A model generated the notes under the pieces. That model had not been told where the DNA came from. It saw nothing but the letters and a program-made list of their open reading frames with translations, and did no database searches. Positions 28,961 to 41,770 of a stretch of DNA of 64,000 bases are shown here, one piece after another. The position numbers were made by a program, and so were the translations under genes. Position 1 is the stretch's first letter; every line of letters begins with the position of its first letter. This stretch comes from the human T2T-CHM13v2.0 reference genome, Homo sapiens, in NCBI RefSeq assembly GCF_009914755.1, contig NC_060927.1; one strand, 5' to 3'.

Positions 28961-30124
28961 AAATGAATAGATCATTGGTGAACTATGGAACAACTTCAAG
29001 TGGCCAAATATACATCAAATTGGAATCCTAAAAAAAAGTAGGGACACAGAGTACAAAAAAAAAAAAAACTTTAAAGAGACATAATAGAGTTCTAATTCCA
29101 GTAACAGCAGAGCAGCCTATAGTAGATGACCTTTTTGCTAATAATTATAAGCCCTAGGCAAAATATGAAAAAACATTGTTTAGAGAGCAACTGGAAGCAG
29201 GCAGAAACTATAGGGAATGCAAACCTTGAAAGAAGGGAAGCAAACTAGACGAGCTCTACATTTAACCAGCTTTTCTAGGGCGCCTCTTGGCTTGCCATGG
29301 AGTATTGGAGAAAAGAGCTTGAATACCAAGTATCATTCTTACTGGGATGAAGAAACAGAGGTCAAAGTACAAGACTACCAAAGCAGCTCTAAGTTGAGGG
29401 AGAAAATCTCAGAAAGAAGCATGCCACAGAAGAGGGAGCCCCAAGTTCTCTTTGCAGTTTTCCAAATTGTGTACAGACAGACAGTGCTTCCAGAAAGCAG
29501 CATCAGGTACTAAAGAACTAAGCAGAGATTTCAGCAGCTGCCTGGTGCTGAGTTTTGCATGTAAATGTTGCTATGTTACAGGGATTGATAAATACCTCAA
29601 ATTTTGTGTTGAAACTGCAGAAGAGCTATGGTTGAGGACTAAGGGATTTCCCAGGACTAAGGGCAAAAGCACAGTAAATCCTAACAAAGCCAGAGCCCAA
29701 ACTATCATAGGATCAGTAGGAGGAAGAAGGAAAGTGTAAACTATAATCAAGAGAAAAAGCATCAGTAGAAGCAGACCTATGAATGACCCAGATGCTGGAA
29801 TTGGCAGTTAAGGACTTTAAAATAGAAATTACAAATATGTTAAAGTATTTCGTGGAAAAGATTAACAGAATGATTGAACACATGGGGAAACGTCAGCACA
29901 GAAATAGAATCTCTGAAGTAAAACCAAGTGTAAATTGCAGAGCTAAAAAACATATCTAAAGTGAAAATTTTATTAGATGTCAACAGCATTTTTAACACTG
30001 AAAAAAATTAGTAAATTTGAATATAGTTCAATAGAAATGATAATTGTAACTGAAGCACAGAGGCAAAAATAATTGAAGAAAGTACAAAAACTCTTGGTGA
30101 CCTGTGAAACAATATCTAGAAGTC

Positions 30125-30348
30125 TATCATATATACAAATTATAGCTATATCTATATTTTATAGATATATATTAATGTATAAATTAGATATTTATAAATT
30201 ATAGATATATAATGTACATATATCTATAATTTATATATTATATAATTATATTTATAATTTATATATGGATATAATGTACATATATCTATAATTTTTATAT
30301 ATGATAAACATAAATATAATATACAACATATATAGAATATATATATAA
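30125..30348. repeat. AT-rich low-complexity / degenerate (TA)n tract
   Basis: Directly visible. Contains the repeated unit gatat(at)aatgtacatatatctataattt. Confidence 0.85.
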
Positions 30349-30697
30349 TTGGATTTCTGGAACATAAGGAGCAAGAGAATGGGAGCTGGGGACATTGGAC
30401 CTAATAATATCTGAAATTTTCCCAAATTTCATAGCAAACATCAACCCATAGAGTCAAAAACTCAGCAGACCTCTAGCAGAATAAATATAAAGAAAACCAT
30501 ACCCAAACACATAATAGTCGTAGTCAAACTGTTGAAACCAAAGATGATGAAGAAATCTTACAAGGAGCCAAAGACAACAATAAGAATGATGGCTGATTTC
30601 TCATTTAAAAAAAAAAAGAGGCCAGAAGACAATAAGCTGGCATTTAAAATGCTAAAAAGTAAGTTAATATGGTGCACGTATTGTATGTGACATTCCT

Positions 30698-31230
30698 TGC
30701 CAAGACCAGCTAAGTCATGGAGACCCTAACCCAGTGGCACTAGAGGAATTAGACACACACACAGAAATATAGCGTGTGGAGTTGGAAATCAGGGGTCTCA
30801 CAGCCTTCAGAGCTGAGATCCTCAAACAGAGATTTACCCACATATTTATTGACAGCAAGCCAGTGATAAGTATTGTTTCTATAGATTATAGATTAGCTAA
30901 AAGCATTTCCTACGGGAAATAACTAAAAGCATTTCCTACAGGAAATAAAGGGATGGGCTGAAATAAAGGGATGGGTCTGGCTCCTTACTTGCAGCAGGAA
31001 CATGTCCTTAAGACACAGATCACTCATGCTATTGTTTGGGGTTTAAGAACACCTTAAGCGTTTTCCACCCTGGGTAGGCCAGATGTTCCTTGCCCTCATT
31101 CTGGTAAATCCACAACCTTCCAGTGTGGGCGTCATGGCCATCATGAGCATGTCACAGTGCTGCAGAGATTTCGTTTATGGCCAGTTTGGGGGCCAGTTTA
31201 TGGCCAGATTTGGGGGGCCTCTTCCCAACA
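30698..31230 (-). repeat. 3' LTR (MER9-type), 533 bp
   Basis: Direct repeat of the 5' LTR, preceded on the minus strand by the polypurine tract aaacaaagaaggaggaca (31231-31248). Confidence 0.93.
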
Positions 31231-31249
31231 TGTCCTCCTTCTTTGTTTT

Positions 31250-32330
31250 GCAAAGTGATAAAAGCAAAGGCAGCTTTGCATGGTGAGCTACTTCTCTTAA
31301 GAGTCAGGATCCACATCTGCAGACTATACAAAGACAACACAGATTAAAAGCACAAACATCATTGAAATCACAGACCTTCCAAGTGTTTTTATCCATTTTA
31401 ATGGGTTACTAGCTGCTAATTTGTCTGCAGCTCCTTCAAGCACTCCAGTTCCTGGCATTAAGGTCAGGTGTGTCTGGGATACTTTAAATATTTGTTCTTT
31501 AATTTTGCAATAGCCGAAGACAAGTTTGTAGAGTGTCCTTCTAGATGCTTTTTTATTCTTTCCTAAATTTTGATCTTATTAAGAGCTATTCATAGTTTCC
31601 ACAAATCCTTATGTTTAGCTCCTACAACGGGCCATATCATTTGAGGTTGAGGTGCCACTATACCGCCATGGTTCCAGATAATAGGAACTCTTACCGTACT
31701 TCTTACCATTTCTACCATCTGACCATTTTGTTCAGACCAGCTGAACACAGTGTGGCCATGGCACACAGACAGATGTGCAATTTAAGCTAAACATCCCCTT
31801 AGGGGACCAGTCAATAATGATTCCATGGGAATCGTTGTGCAGCACCTCTGCCTTTTCTGCAATGCAATCTTCCCAAACAAGTACATTCATTTTTTCTAAC
31901 TGGGACCAGTCCTGTTTACAAATAGGTTTTTGAGGGCAGTATCTCTCACTTATAGGAATAGCTTTATTATGGTAAATCCTGAGATCAGAAAGCATGTGTA
32001 ACTGTGTCATAGAGTGATTACATACAGGCATTATTGCCAGCCAAAATGGATAAATATGCCCAATAAGTATAATTGTTCTCTGTGTCAGCCCTTGTTGAAG
32101 GAATACTAACGGCAATGGTAATCACCACTATCATAGCTACCATTAAGTTACTCATTGTGACTGGTTGTCTTGCTTTCCTCAGGTTTTCTTCCACCATCTG
32201 TGACAGCTTCTTGATCTGTCCCTAAGTAGGTGGCTGTGTTCGACGGGTGTTGCTCATGACAGTTGGGGTCCTCCTCAGCATCAGTCTCGACATGGCTGCA
32301 ACCAGGGGGTCCTCAGGTTCCTCCCAGAGT
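31250..32330 (-). pseudogene. env: HML-3 env remnant, internally deleted (about 1.1 kb left)
   Basis: Manual translation gives a signal peptide plus NYTYWAY (about 32055-32160) and a TM segment KLKEQIFKVSQTHLTLMPG..NPLKWIKTLG (about 31380-31560). No furin site or fusion peptide is visible. Confidence 0.82.
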
Positions 32331-34860
32331 CTCTTCCTCGGCATCTGGCTCATGATAAGGTTTCAGGTGTCTTGATGGTATCCAAATCGGCTGTTGATTC
32401 GGTCCTGGAGAAACGCAAGCATAACCTTTATCCCAAGTTATTATTTTACCTATTTGCCAAGTTTTTGCTATCAGATCTCTCCACCAAACCAGTTATTCTG
32501 CTTCTGTCTTTGCAGCTGGTTTCTGTAGATGCTGTTCAGCTGCTGATAGCATCTGGCCTTTAGACAGGCTCAAAAAATTTAAAGTTAGTAATGCTAGATT
32601 CAGTTGCATATGAGGTGTCCCATAGTCCCTGTTTCTCCCCCCTTTTTTGTTTTTGTAACTGCTGTTTTAGGGAGAGATTCATTCTTTCCACTATGGTTTG
32701 TCCTTGAAAATTACATGGGATGCCAGTAATGTGTTTAATATTCCATGTAGAGAAAAATGTAGCTAGAGCTTGGCTAGTATAGCCTGGGGCATTATCTGTT
32801 TTAATAGAAGCTGGAATGCCCATCACCGCAAAACACTGGAAAAGGTGATCTTTAACACAGGCAGAAGACTCTCCTGATTGGCATGTAGCCCAGACAAAGT
32901 GAGAAAAGGTGTCCACACATACATGTACATAAGCTAGTCTCCCAAACGAGGGAACATGTATGACATCCATTAGCCAAAGAGAATTAGGTTCCAGTCCTCG
33001 AGGATTAACTCCTCTTTTACTGTAAAAGATGAGGAATGCACCATTTGGCAAGTTGGGCATCGCTGGATAATAGCTTTAGCTTGTTTCCAGGTAATGCTGT
33101 ATCTGCGTTTGAGACCAGAGGCGTTAACATGGGTTAAATTGTGAAAGTGTCTAGCATTAGATACTAGGTGATCAGCCATTTGATTCCCTGCAGTTAATGG
33201 TCCTGGAAGAAAGAGGTGTATGAGCCCTAATGTGAGTGATATAAAAAGGGTGCATTCTAATTCTAACTGCTGTTTGCAATTGGGTAAATAAAGTCATCAG
33301 TTGTTCATCTATATGAAATCGTAACTGAGCATTTTCAATTAACTGTGTGGAATGAACCACGTATGAAGAATCAGAAATCACATTAACAGGCATATCAAAA
33401 GCAGTCAATACCTCAATTACAGCTACAAGCTCCACCTTTTGAGGTGAAGTATAGGGTGTCTGAAAAACTTTACCTGTTGATCCAGAATAAGAAGCTTTAC
33501 CATTACTAGACCCATCTGTAAAAACATTCTCAGCACCTTCAATTGGTTTAAATGTAGTTATTTTAGGGAGAATCCAATTAGTTAATTTCAAAAATTGAAA
33601 GTTTTGTTTTAGGAAAAGAGTTATCGAGAATACCCACAAAGTCAGCTAAATGGGTTTGCCAAGTAAGACCATTTATAAAAGCTTGCTGTATTTCTGCTTT
33701 CCTGAGAGGGACAGTAATTTTTCCAGGATCATATCCATGTAATTTAACAATCCGAGTTCTCCCATTTCCTATCATAGTAGCAATTTGATCCAAATAAGGA
33801 GTTAGTCCGTGAATTAGTATGTGGAAGAAAAAGCCATTCCACTAAGTCCTGCTCTTGGGCAATAACACCAGTGGGTGAATGCTGAGTTGGAAAAATTAGC
33901 AAATCTAGAGTCTTCTCTGGATCTATTCTATTTATTTGAGCTTTATGGTCTTGCTTTTTGATTAGCTGCAGCTCTGCCTCAGCGTCTTTTGTTAGTTGCC
34001 GAGGGCTAGTGAGACTAGGATCTCCTCTAAGGATAGAAAATAGATTACTCATGGCGTAGGTAGGAATGCCTAGAGCAGGTCGTATCCAATTAATGTCCCC
34101 TAGTAATTTTTGAAAGCCATCTAATGTTTTCAGTTGATCCCTACGTATGGTTACTTTCTGTGGCACAATGTAGTGTCATTTACTAAGGCCCCTAAGTAGG
34201 ATTAAGGAATAGTAGTCTGAATTCTGTCAGAAGCTATAGTTAAACCAGTGTGAGAAATCGAATTTTGCAAGTGATCATAACATTGGAGTAATATTTCTCG
34301 AATGGGGCAGCACAAAGTATATATCCATATAATGAATAATGTAACACTGTGAAAATTTTTTACGAGTGGGTTCAATTGCTTGTCCTACATACGTCTGGCA
34401 AATTGTTGGACTGTTTAACATGCCTTGTAGCAACACTTTCCAATGAAAACGCTTAGCAGGCTGCAGGTTGTTTACTGCAGGAATTGTAAATGCAAACTGT
34501 TCACAGTCCTGCTCAGCTAAGAGGATAGTAAAGAAATAGTCTTTTAAATCTATGACTATTAAAGGCCAATTTTTCAGAATCATAGCGGGAGAAGGCAATC
34601 CTGGCTGTAATGTCCCCATTGGTTGTATGACTGAATTAATGGCTCTTAAATCAGTTAACATTCTCCATTTCCCTGATTTTTTCTTAATTACAAAAACTGG
34701 AGAATTCCAAGGGGAAAATGTTGGAGCTATGTGTCCGTTTTCTAATTGTTCAGTAACTAATTTCTCTAAAGCCTCCAGTTTCTCTTTCTTAGCGGCCATT
34801 GTTCTATCCAAATTGGCTTATCTGTTAACCATTTTAAAGGTGTAGGTTCTGGAGGCTTAA
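32330..34860 (-). pseudogene. pol: HML-3 pol (RT, RNase H, integrase), multiple frameshifts
   Basis: [31 protein letters not shown] (broken YMDD), FTDGSS RNase H, HNLTH..CPTC zinc finger, and DTFS/TDNAP/VERMN DDE core in successive short ORFs. Confidence 0.92.
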
Positions 34861-35700
34861 CAATGGCCACCATCAAAAATGATATCCTAAACTTTGGTAG
34901 GAACTTCGTCTTTCTGCTTGAAGCGGTTCCTTCAAACCTTGTAAATTTTTTCCTAGTCTCATACCAAGGACATACCCCATTTCATGCATCATATGTTGCC
35001 TTTGAGGGCTATATAATTGTTCTGGAATTAGAACTTGTGCTCCCCATTGTTGTAATAAATCTCTTCCCTATAAACTTATAGGTACAGAAGTTATAATTGG
35101 TTGAATAGTCCAGGTTGTCCATCGGGCCCTTCACAATGCAAAATATAACTACTTTGATAATACTTCAGGGGCTTTACCAACTCCAGCTATGTTAAATTGA
35201 GCAGGTTGAATTGGCCACGTGGACGGCCAGTGCTATAGAGAAATGATTGAAATGTCTGCTCCTGTATCTACCAAACCCTTAAATTTCTTTCCCTGAATAG
35301 TTATTTCACAGGTAGGATGTTTATCAGTAATCTGATTTACCCAATAAGCTGCTTTGTCTTGTTTATTTGTGCTTCCAAATCCTCCTGTTCGTTTAATTTC
35401 ACCTTTCCCCATTTCCACATACGGCACAATCAGGAGCTGTGCTATACACTGTCCTGGCTCTGCTTTCCAGGGAACAGAAGTAGATGTAACAATTTGAATT
35501 TCCTCATTGTAATCTGAATCAATGACTCCTGTATGTGTTTGCACTCCTTTTAAATTTAAACTAGACCTTCCTAAAAGTAATCCTATCGTCCCCGCTGGCA
35601 AGGGTCCACAGAGCCCTGTTGGGACCTTTTGCGGGGGTTCCCAGGCAGAAGGCTCACAGCTTTTGTGCAGCGTAAATCTACTGTGGCACTACCGGCTGTG
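34860..35700 (-). pseudogene. pro: HML-3 pro (dUTPase + aspartic protease), disrupted
   Basis: ORF 35233..35601 has dUTPase motifs GRSS, GVIDSDY, RTGGFGST and the protease active site LVDTGAD, followed by a stop. Confidence 0.9.
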
Positions 35701-37082
35701 GCGGGGGACAGACATTGTACGGGGGTGAGGGAATGGCCTGAGCCGGAAAGGTCCCGGTTTGGAATGGGGCCCAGGACGGCCCTTCATGACGTTTCCCGAA
35801 ATCAGGTTCCCATCTTTATCAAACTTAGAGTGACACTGATTAGCCCAGTGTTTTCCTTTTTTACATTTTGGACATATTTCAGGCTCAGCAGTTTTCATTT
35901 TTTCCCTCAACTGGTGGCCTGACTTGCTGATTTTTTCTACATTCTTTTTTAGTATGACCATGCTTCCCACAGTTAAAACAAGCTCCAGGAAACGGAGTAT
36001 TTCCTTTATCCACTCTCAGTCCTGCCATTGCCTGTGCTAGCAGAGTAGCCTTATGCAGATTACCTCCAATACCGTCACAGGCCTTGATAGAATCAACTAA
36101 ATGTGCTTTCCCTTTAACAGGTCGCAGAGCAGCCTGGCAATCGGGATTAGCATTGTCAAAAGCTAATAACTGCAACACTATTTCCTGAGCAGCCGGATCT
36201 GCAATCACCTTTTTAAGAGACTCCTGTAACCGAGCCATAAAATCTGCATACGGTTCTTTCAGTCCCTGCTTTACAGCACTAAAGGAAGGATATTGTTCTG
36301 CACCTGAAGTGATTTTTTCCCAAGCCCTAATTCACACTACTCTAAGCTGCTCTATGGCATCATCCTGCATGACCACTTGGGCATCTAAACCAGCCCAGCT
36401 GCCAACCCCCAAAAGTTGGTCTGCAGTTACATTAATTTGCGGTTGGGCCTGGGCGTTGCAAGCAGCCTGAATGGAAGTTTCATCTGCCCACCAAGTTTTA
36501 AATTGTAAGAACTGAGCAGGAGTTAGACAAGCTCGAATAAGAGCGTCCCAGTCAGTAGGAATCATCTGACTGGAAACAGCAACCTTCTTTAACAGTCCCA
36601 TTACAAGAGGAGAACCTGGTCCATATTGATTAATAGCTTGTTTAAATTCTTTGAGTAATTTAAAAGGAAACGGCTCAAATGTAGCTATAATATTTCCCTG
36701 TTAATCTGGGGGGTGTATTCTAACAGGGAACTGCCAAGCCTCTAAATCACCTTCTCTTCTAGCTTGCTGAATTCCTGCCTGAATAGAACTGAGAGTGGTC
36801 GCTCGAGGCGCTGCTCGAACAGTCACTGGGGCAACTACTTTTTGCCCATATGTCCTCTGGAAAAGAAAGATCTGGAGGATCAAGCCACTCTTTTTCTTCA
36901 AAATAATGAGGGGGTGTAGAAGGGTACGGATGAACCTTATCCTCCTTTGCTGCTTTAGCTTTAGCTGGCAAACAGACCTGCTCTGTTACCTCTTCTGTTA
37001 CTTCGTTGTACTCTCCTTCCTCCTCATCATTAGAGTGAAAAGGTTCCAAGGTGGAACAAACCAGAGCCCACACTTGTCCCAT
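35689..37082 (-). pseudogene. gag: HML-3 gag, frameshifted
   Basis: MGQ start, PSTPPHY late-domain-like motif, capsid fragments (ORFs 36332..36601, 35885..36238), two CCHC knuckles CFNCGKHGHTKKEC and CPKCKKGKHWANQC split across frames. Confidence 0.9.
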
Positions 37083-37212
37083 TATTACCCTGATGCTCCC
37101 AAGCTCCCCTTCTTACTCACCATGGGGATTGCTTAAGAGTACTCAGTGTCCTCCAGCTTAGTTCCACGTTCTCCAACCATCACTCCGGCGACCCTTCAAC
37201 CCAGGTTTGAGC

Positions 37213-37230
37213 CCCCATGTTTGAGCACCA
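37213..37230 (-). promoter_or_regulatory. Degenerate tRNA-Lys primer binding site
   Basis: TGGTGCTCAAACATGGGG starts 2 nt after the 5' LTR and resembles the Lys PBS TGGCGCCCAACGTGGGGC with mutations. Confidence 0.7.
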
Positions 37231-37232
37231 CT

Positions 37233-37749
37233 TGCCGAGACCAGCTCGGTCAGGGAGACCCTAACCCAGCGGCACTAGAGGAATTAAAGACACACACACA
37301 CACACACACAGAAATACAGTGTGTGGAGTGGAAAATCAGGAGTCTCAGCCTTCAGAGCTGAGAGCCTCTAACAGAGATTTACCTACATATTTATTGACAG
37401 CAAGCCAGTGATAAGCATTGTTTCTATAAATTATAGATTAACTAAAAGCATTTCTTACAGGAAATAAAGGGATGGGCCGAAATAAAGGGATGGGTCTGGC
37501 TAGTTATCTGCAACAGGAACATGTCCTTAAGGCACAGATCGCTCATGCTATTGTTTGGGGTTTAAGAACACCTTAAGTGGTTTTCCACCCTGGGTGGGCC
37601 AGGTGTTCCTTGCCCTCATTCTGGTAAACCCACAACCTTCCAGCGTGGGCGTCCTGGCCATCACGAGCATGTCACAATGCTGTAGAGATTTTGTTTATGG
37701 CCAATTTTGGGGCCAGTTTGTGGCCAGATTTGGGTACCTGTTCCCAACA
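37233..37749 (-). repeat. 5' LTR (MER9-type), 517 bp
   Basis: Direct repeat of 30698-31230. Minus strand starts tgttgggaacagg...aaatctggccacaaactggcccc. Adjacent to the PBS. Confidence 0.93.
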
Positions 37750-38411
37750 ATTCCTGGTATGGACTAGTCTTTATTTCATAATTAAATGCTTTTGAGAGAT
37801 AAGTGAAGACTATAAATAGCGTCACTTTGGTTCAGGCCAGGTTTTGCTGCCAGATGACTTTTGGTGTGAAAAATATTTTTTAAACAATCCTTTGGTTTCA
37901 GAGCTTTTTGGATTTCAGAATTATAGGAAAGGGAGTTGTGGCCCATCTTACTTACCTGAAGAAAAAGTAGTAATATGTATTTTTAAATGGTTACACGCTT
38001 TTAAGCAGGGACTTACAAGAATCTGTCCATCTGTCCAACAGAAATTATCAAGTTTGTGTGCCAAATATTATATATGAGGATACAACATCTTAAAAAATAA
38101 TTTTTAAAAATTGAAAATAACCTAAATGTCCCAATAGCCCACAGTTGATTAAATTAGTTATGGTATGTCTAGGCAGTGAATGAACTGCTTTGTAGCCATG
38201 AAAAATCATATCATAGAAGAATATTGATATGTCGAAGTAAACATTCATAATGTGCAACATAGAAAGATCACAAAGCAGTGATTCCAAATTTTAATAGCAG
38301 TTGTTGCTGTGTGATTGGATTGTGCTTTTTATTTGCTTTGTTTGAGCTGTTATATTTCTTAAATTTCTGTCACTGAACATGTATTTCTTTTGTAATCAGT
38401 AAAATTAAGGC

Positions 38412-38710
38412 TTTTTTTTTTTTTTTGCATTTAAAAAGGCCTCACTCTGTTGCCTAGACTGGAGTACAGTGTTGTGATCATAGTTCACTGCATCCTGGAC
38501 CTCCCGGGCTCAAGCAGTCCTCCCACCTCACCCTCCCAAGTAACTGAGACCTCAGGTGCACACCAGCACTCCAGGCTAATTTTTAAATTTTTTGTGGAAA
38601 TGGGGTTTCGCCATGTTACCCAGACTGGTCTCAAATTCCTAGGCTCAAGCCAACCTCCTTTTGGCCTCCCAAATTGCTGGTATTACAGGTATAAGATACC
38701 ATTCCTAGCC
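38412..38710 (-). mobile_element. AluJ
   Basis: Diverged antisense Alu (gggctcaagcagtcctcccacctca). Confidence 0.85.
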
Positions 38711-38732
38711 CTATTTTAACAACAACAACAAA

Positions 38733-39030
<298 letters not shown>

Positions 39031-39915
39031 CAAGATGATAAAGAAGATATTCATATTGCTTTTAAACTTCAGCTCAGATTGCTTCATTAAGTCAGGAATC
39101 ATTTTATTAACAAAGATCACAAAAAGTTCAACATTATTAAGGCCCTAGCTTCGTATATCATCCGTATCCCCAGATCTAGTGTCTGCATACCTGGATTTAA
39201 AATGTCTCTTTTAAGCTTCATTGCCTGGGGCATTTCCAGAAGGAATCCTGTTAAATGAAAAAATAAGGCCTTTCATGAGAGATGCTGGACCACTTCCATT
39301 GCCACTTCAAACATATTCTGACTTAATCTCTAGAGAACAGGCTTCTCATATAAATTGTCCACCACCACATCTAGTTCTTGGCTTGTTTTTAAAAGTCTGC
39401 AGATTCTTTCATGAGGTCACTTTTTTAAGCTTAAATATCTACTTTGCTTTGAAAATCTGTTTTCTCCCTTTTCAAAAAGAGCATACCAGAAGTTAAAATT
39501 GGATCATTTTTAGCAAGCTACATCATACATCTGGAGTGAATTCCAGCGTATTAATGTCATGGTATGTTACAGCAAAGACTGTCAAGTCTAATTTTTGCAG
39601 ATCTGCTCAATCTGAAAGGACAGTCTGGACAGCTAGCAGTTTTGATTGTTGAGCTGAGATGTGTTTTCTAAAGTTATTCTTAAAATCAGAGAGGTTAAAC
39701 AAAACCTGCAACATGGTCCTACTTGAATAGCGATGGCGACAGTGATAGGAAATAGTATATTTCCTATAGTATATATCATCTGTACTGTAGTCTCTTATAA
39801 TTAGGCAGAGTTGAAAGAGGCTTGAGATCTTGTAACTGTTTACCAGCACCTCATTCTAGTCAGATAGTATCGAGTATCCATTGAACTACTTATAGTAATA
39901 ATTATATTTTGCCCT

Positions 39916-40280
39916 TGATATGGTTTGGCCATGTCCCCACACAAATCTCATCTTGAATTGTAGTTCCCATAATCTCCATGTGTCGGGAAAGGGACCTGGT
40001 GGGAGGTAATTGAATCATGGGGGCGGTTACCCTTATGCTGTTCTTGTGATAGTGAGTGAGCTCTCATGAGATCTGATGGTTTTATAAGGGGCTTTTCCCC
40101 TTTTGCTTGGCACTTCTCTCTCCTGCTGCCTTGTAAAGAAGGACGTATTTGCTTCCCCTTCACCATGATTTTAAGTTTCCTGAAGCCTTCCCAGCCATGT
40201 GGAACTGAGTCAATTAAACCTCTTTCCTATAAATTGCCCAGTCACAGGAATTTCTTAATAGCAGCATGAGAATGGACTAA
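39916..40280 (+). mobile_element. THE1-type MaLR solo LTR
   Basis: tgatatggtttggccatgtcccc...attaaacctctttc...gcagcatgagaatggactaa, flanks gccct/cccct. Confidence 0.88.
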
Positions 40281-40289
40281 CCCCTGTAA

Positions 40290-41770
40290 ATTAATAAATA
40301 GATATTCTGGTCTCTGTATATTTAATGTTTTTGCTAGAATTCACTGCTGAAACCCTGTCGGCTAGGAATTTTCATTGCAGAAGGATGTTTGATAACAAAC
40401 TGAATTTATTTAATAGATATAAGGCTATTCATATTTTCTGTTTTGGGTCCATTTTTGTAAGTTCTGTTTTTAATGAATGTATCCTTTCATTCCTTTTCAT
40501 TTAATTTGTCAAGCTTATTGGCATAAAATTATTCACAAAAGGTTCTTATCATCTTTTAAATACCTGTAAATGATGTTGCATGTTGTAATATATCCTCTTT
40601 CATTGCTGATACTGGTAATTTATAGTCTCCTTTTCTTGATCAAGCTCCATAGCAGATTATCAATTTTATTTATCTTTTCAAAGAGAACCAATGTTGACTC
40701 TGATAATTATCTTGGTTGTTTATTTTTATTTTTATTTCATTGATTTTTGCTGCTTATTATTTACTTCTTTCCTACTTAGTTTGGTTTTACTTTGATCTCT
40801 TTCTAGTTCCCTAAATTGGAAATTTGGATCCTTTATTTTAAACCTTTCTTATTTTCCAATATAACATATGGGCTGTAAATTCTTTAACCACTGTTTTAGT
40901 TATATACTTCAAATTTCTTTAAATGCTTTATTGAGGTATAATAACTGATATAAACTGGACATACATAAAGTGTACAAATTTGACATATGTATACACTCAT
41001 GAATCTGTCACCACAATCAAGATAATGACTCTACCCATCACCACCAAAAATTTACTTAATCCCTCTCTCCTGTTCCCTGGCAACCACTGATTATCTTTAC
41101 AAATTAATTAAACAGTAGATTAGTTTGGATTTTCTCGAATTTTAGATTAATGAAACTATAAAATAGATATACTTTTTTTTATCTGACTTCTTTCACTCAG
41201 CATAGTTATTTGCATGATTGCATCATGTATTTTTAAGCTATTAGGTACATAGATGTTTAGCATTGTTGTGTCTTCCTAATGAATTGACCCCTTTATTATT
41301 ATGGGATGACCCTTTTTGGACCTGATAGTAGTCTTTGCTCTAAAATCTAGTGCTATTGGCTGGACGCAGCTCATGCCTGTAATCCCAACACTCTGGGAGG
41401 CCAAGACGGGCAGTCATCTGAGGTCAGGTGATCTCTACTAAATACAAAAAATTAGCCAGGCATGGTGGCGCATACCTGTAATCCCAGCTAATTGGGAGGC
41501 TGAGGCAGGAGAATCACTGAACCTGGGAGGCGGAGGTTGCAATGAGCCAAGATCGTGCCATTGCACTCCAGCCTGAGCAACAGAAGCGAAACTCTGTCTC
41601 AAAAAATAAATAAATAATTAAAAAAAAAATGTAGTGCTATCATGGCATATTGTCGCCATCCTTTTCCTTTTAACCTATTTGAGCCTTCATATTTAGATGG
41701 TGTTTCTTGTAGGCAGCATGTAGTCAGGTCTTTTTCATTTATCTAATCTAAAATCTCTGTATTTCAGCTC
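40290..41770 (-). mobile_element. Old L1M fragments
   Basis: Degenerate antisense ORF2/3'UTR motifs (ttttcaaagagaaccaa, gtcaccacaatcaagataatga, aattgacccctttattattatg). Confidence 0.65.
41358..41629 (+). mobile_element. AluS with internal deletion in the left arm
   Basis: gaggtcagg is joined almost directly to tctctacta, so the B-box region is lost. TSD-like aaat(c/g)tagtgctat on both sides. Confidence 0.85.

Larger units (their letters stand above)
30698..37749 (-). mobile_element. HERV-K(HML-3)/HERVK9 provirus with two MER9-type LTRs, 7052 bp, antisense to VPS8
   Basis: TG...CA LTRs at both ends, perfect 6-bp TSD ATTCCT (30692-30697 / 37750-37755), betaretroviral gag-dUTPase/pro-pol-env order on the minus strand. 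Confidence 0.95.

Noticed and set aside
32330-37082. Functional retroviral Gag, Pro or Pol proteins
   Set aside because: Every gene has multiple stops or frameshifts, and the RT YMDD motif is broken.
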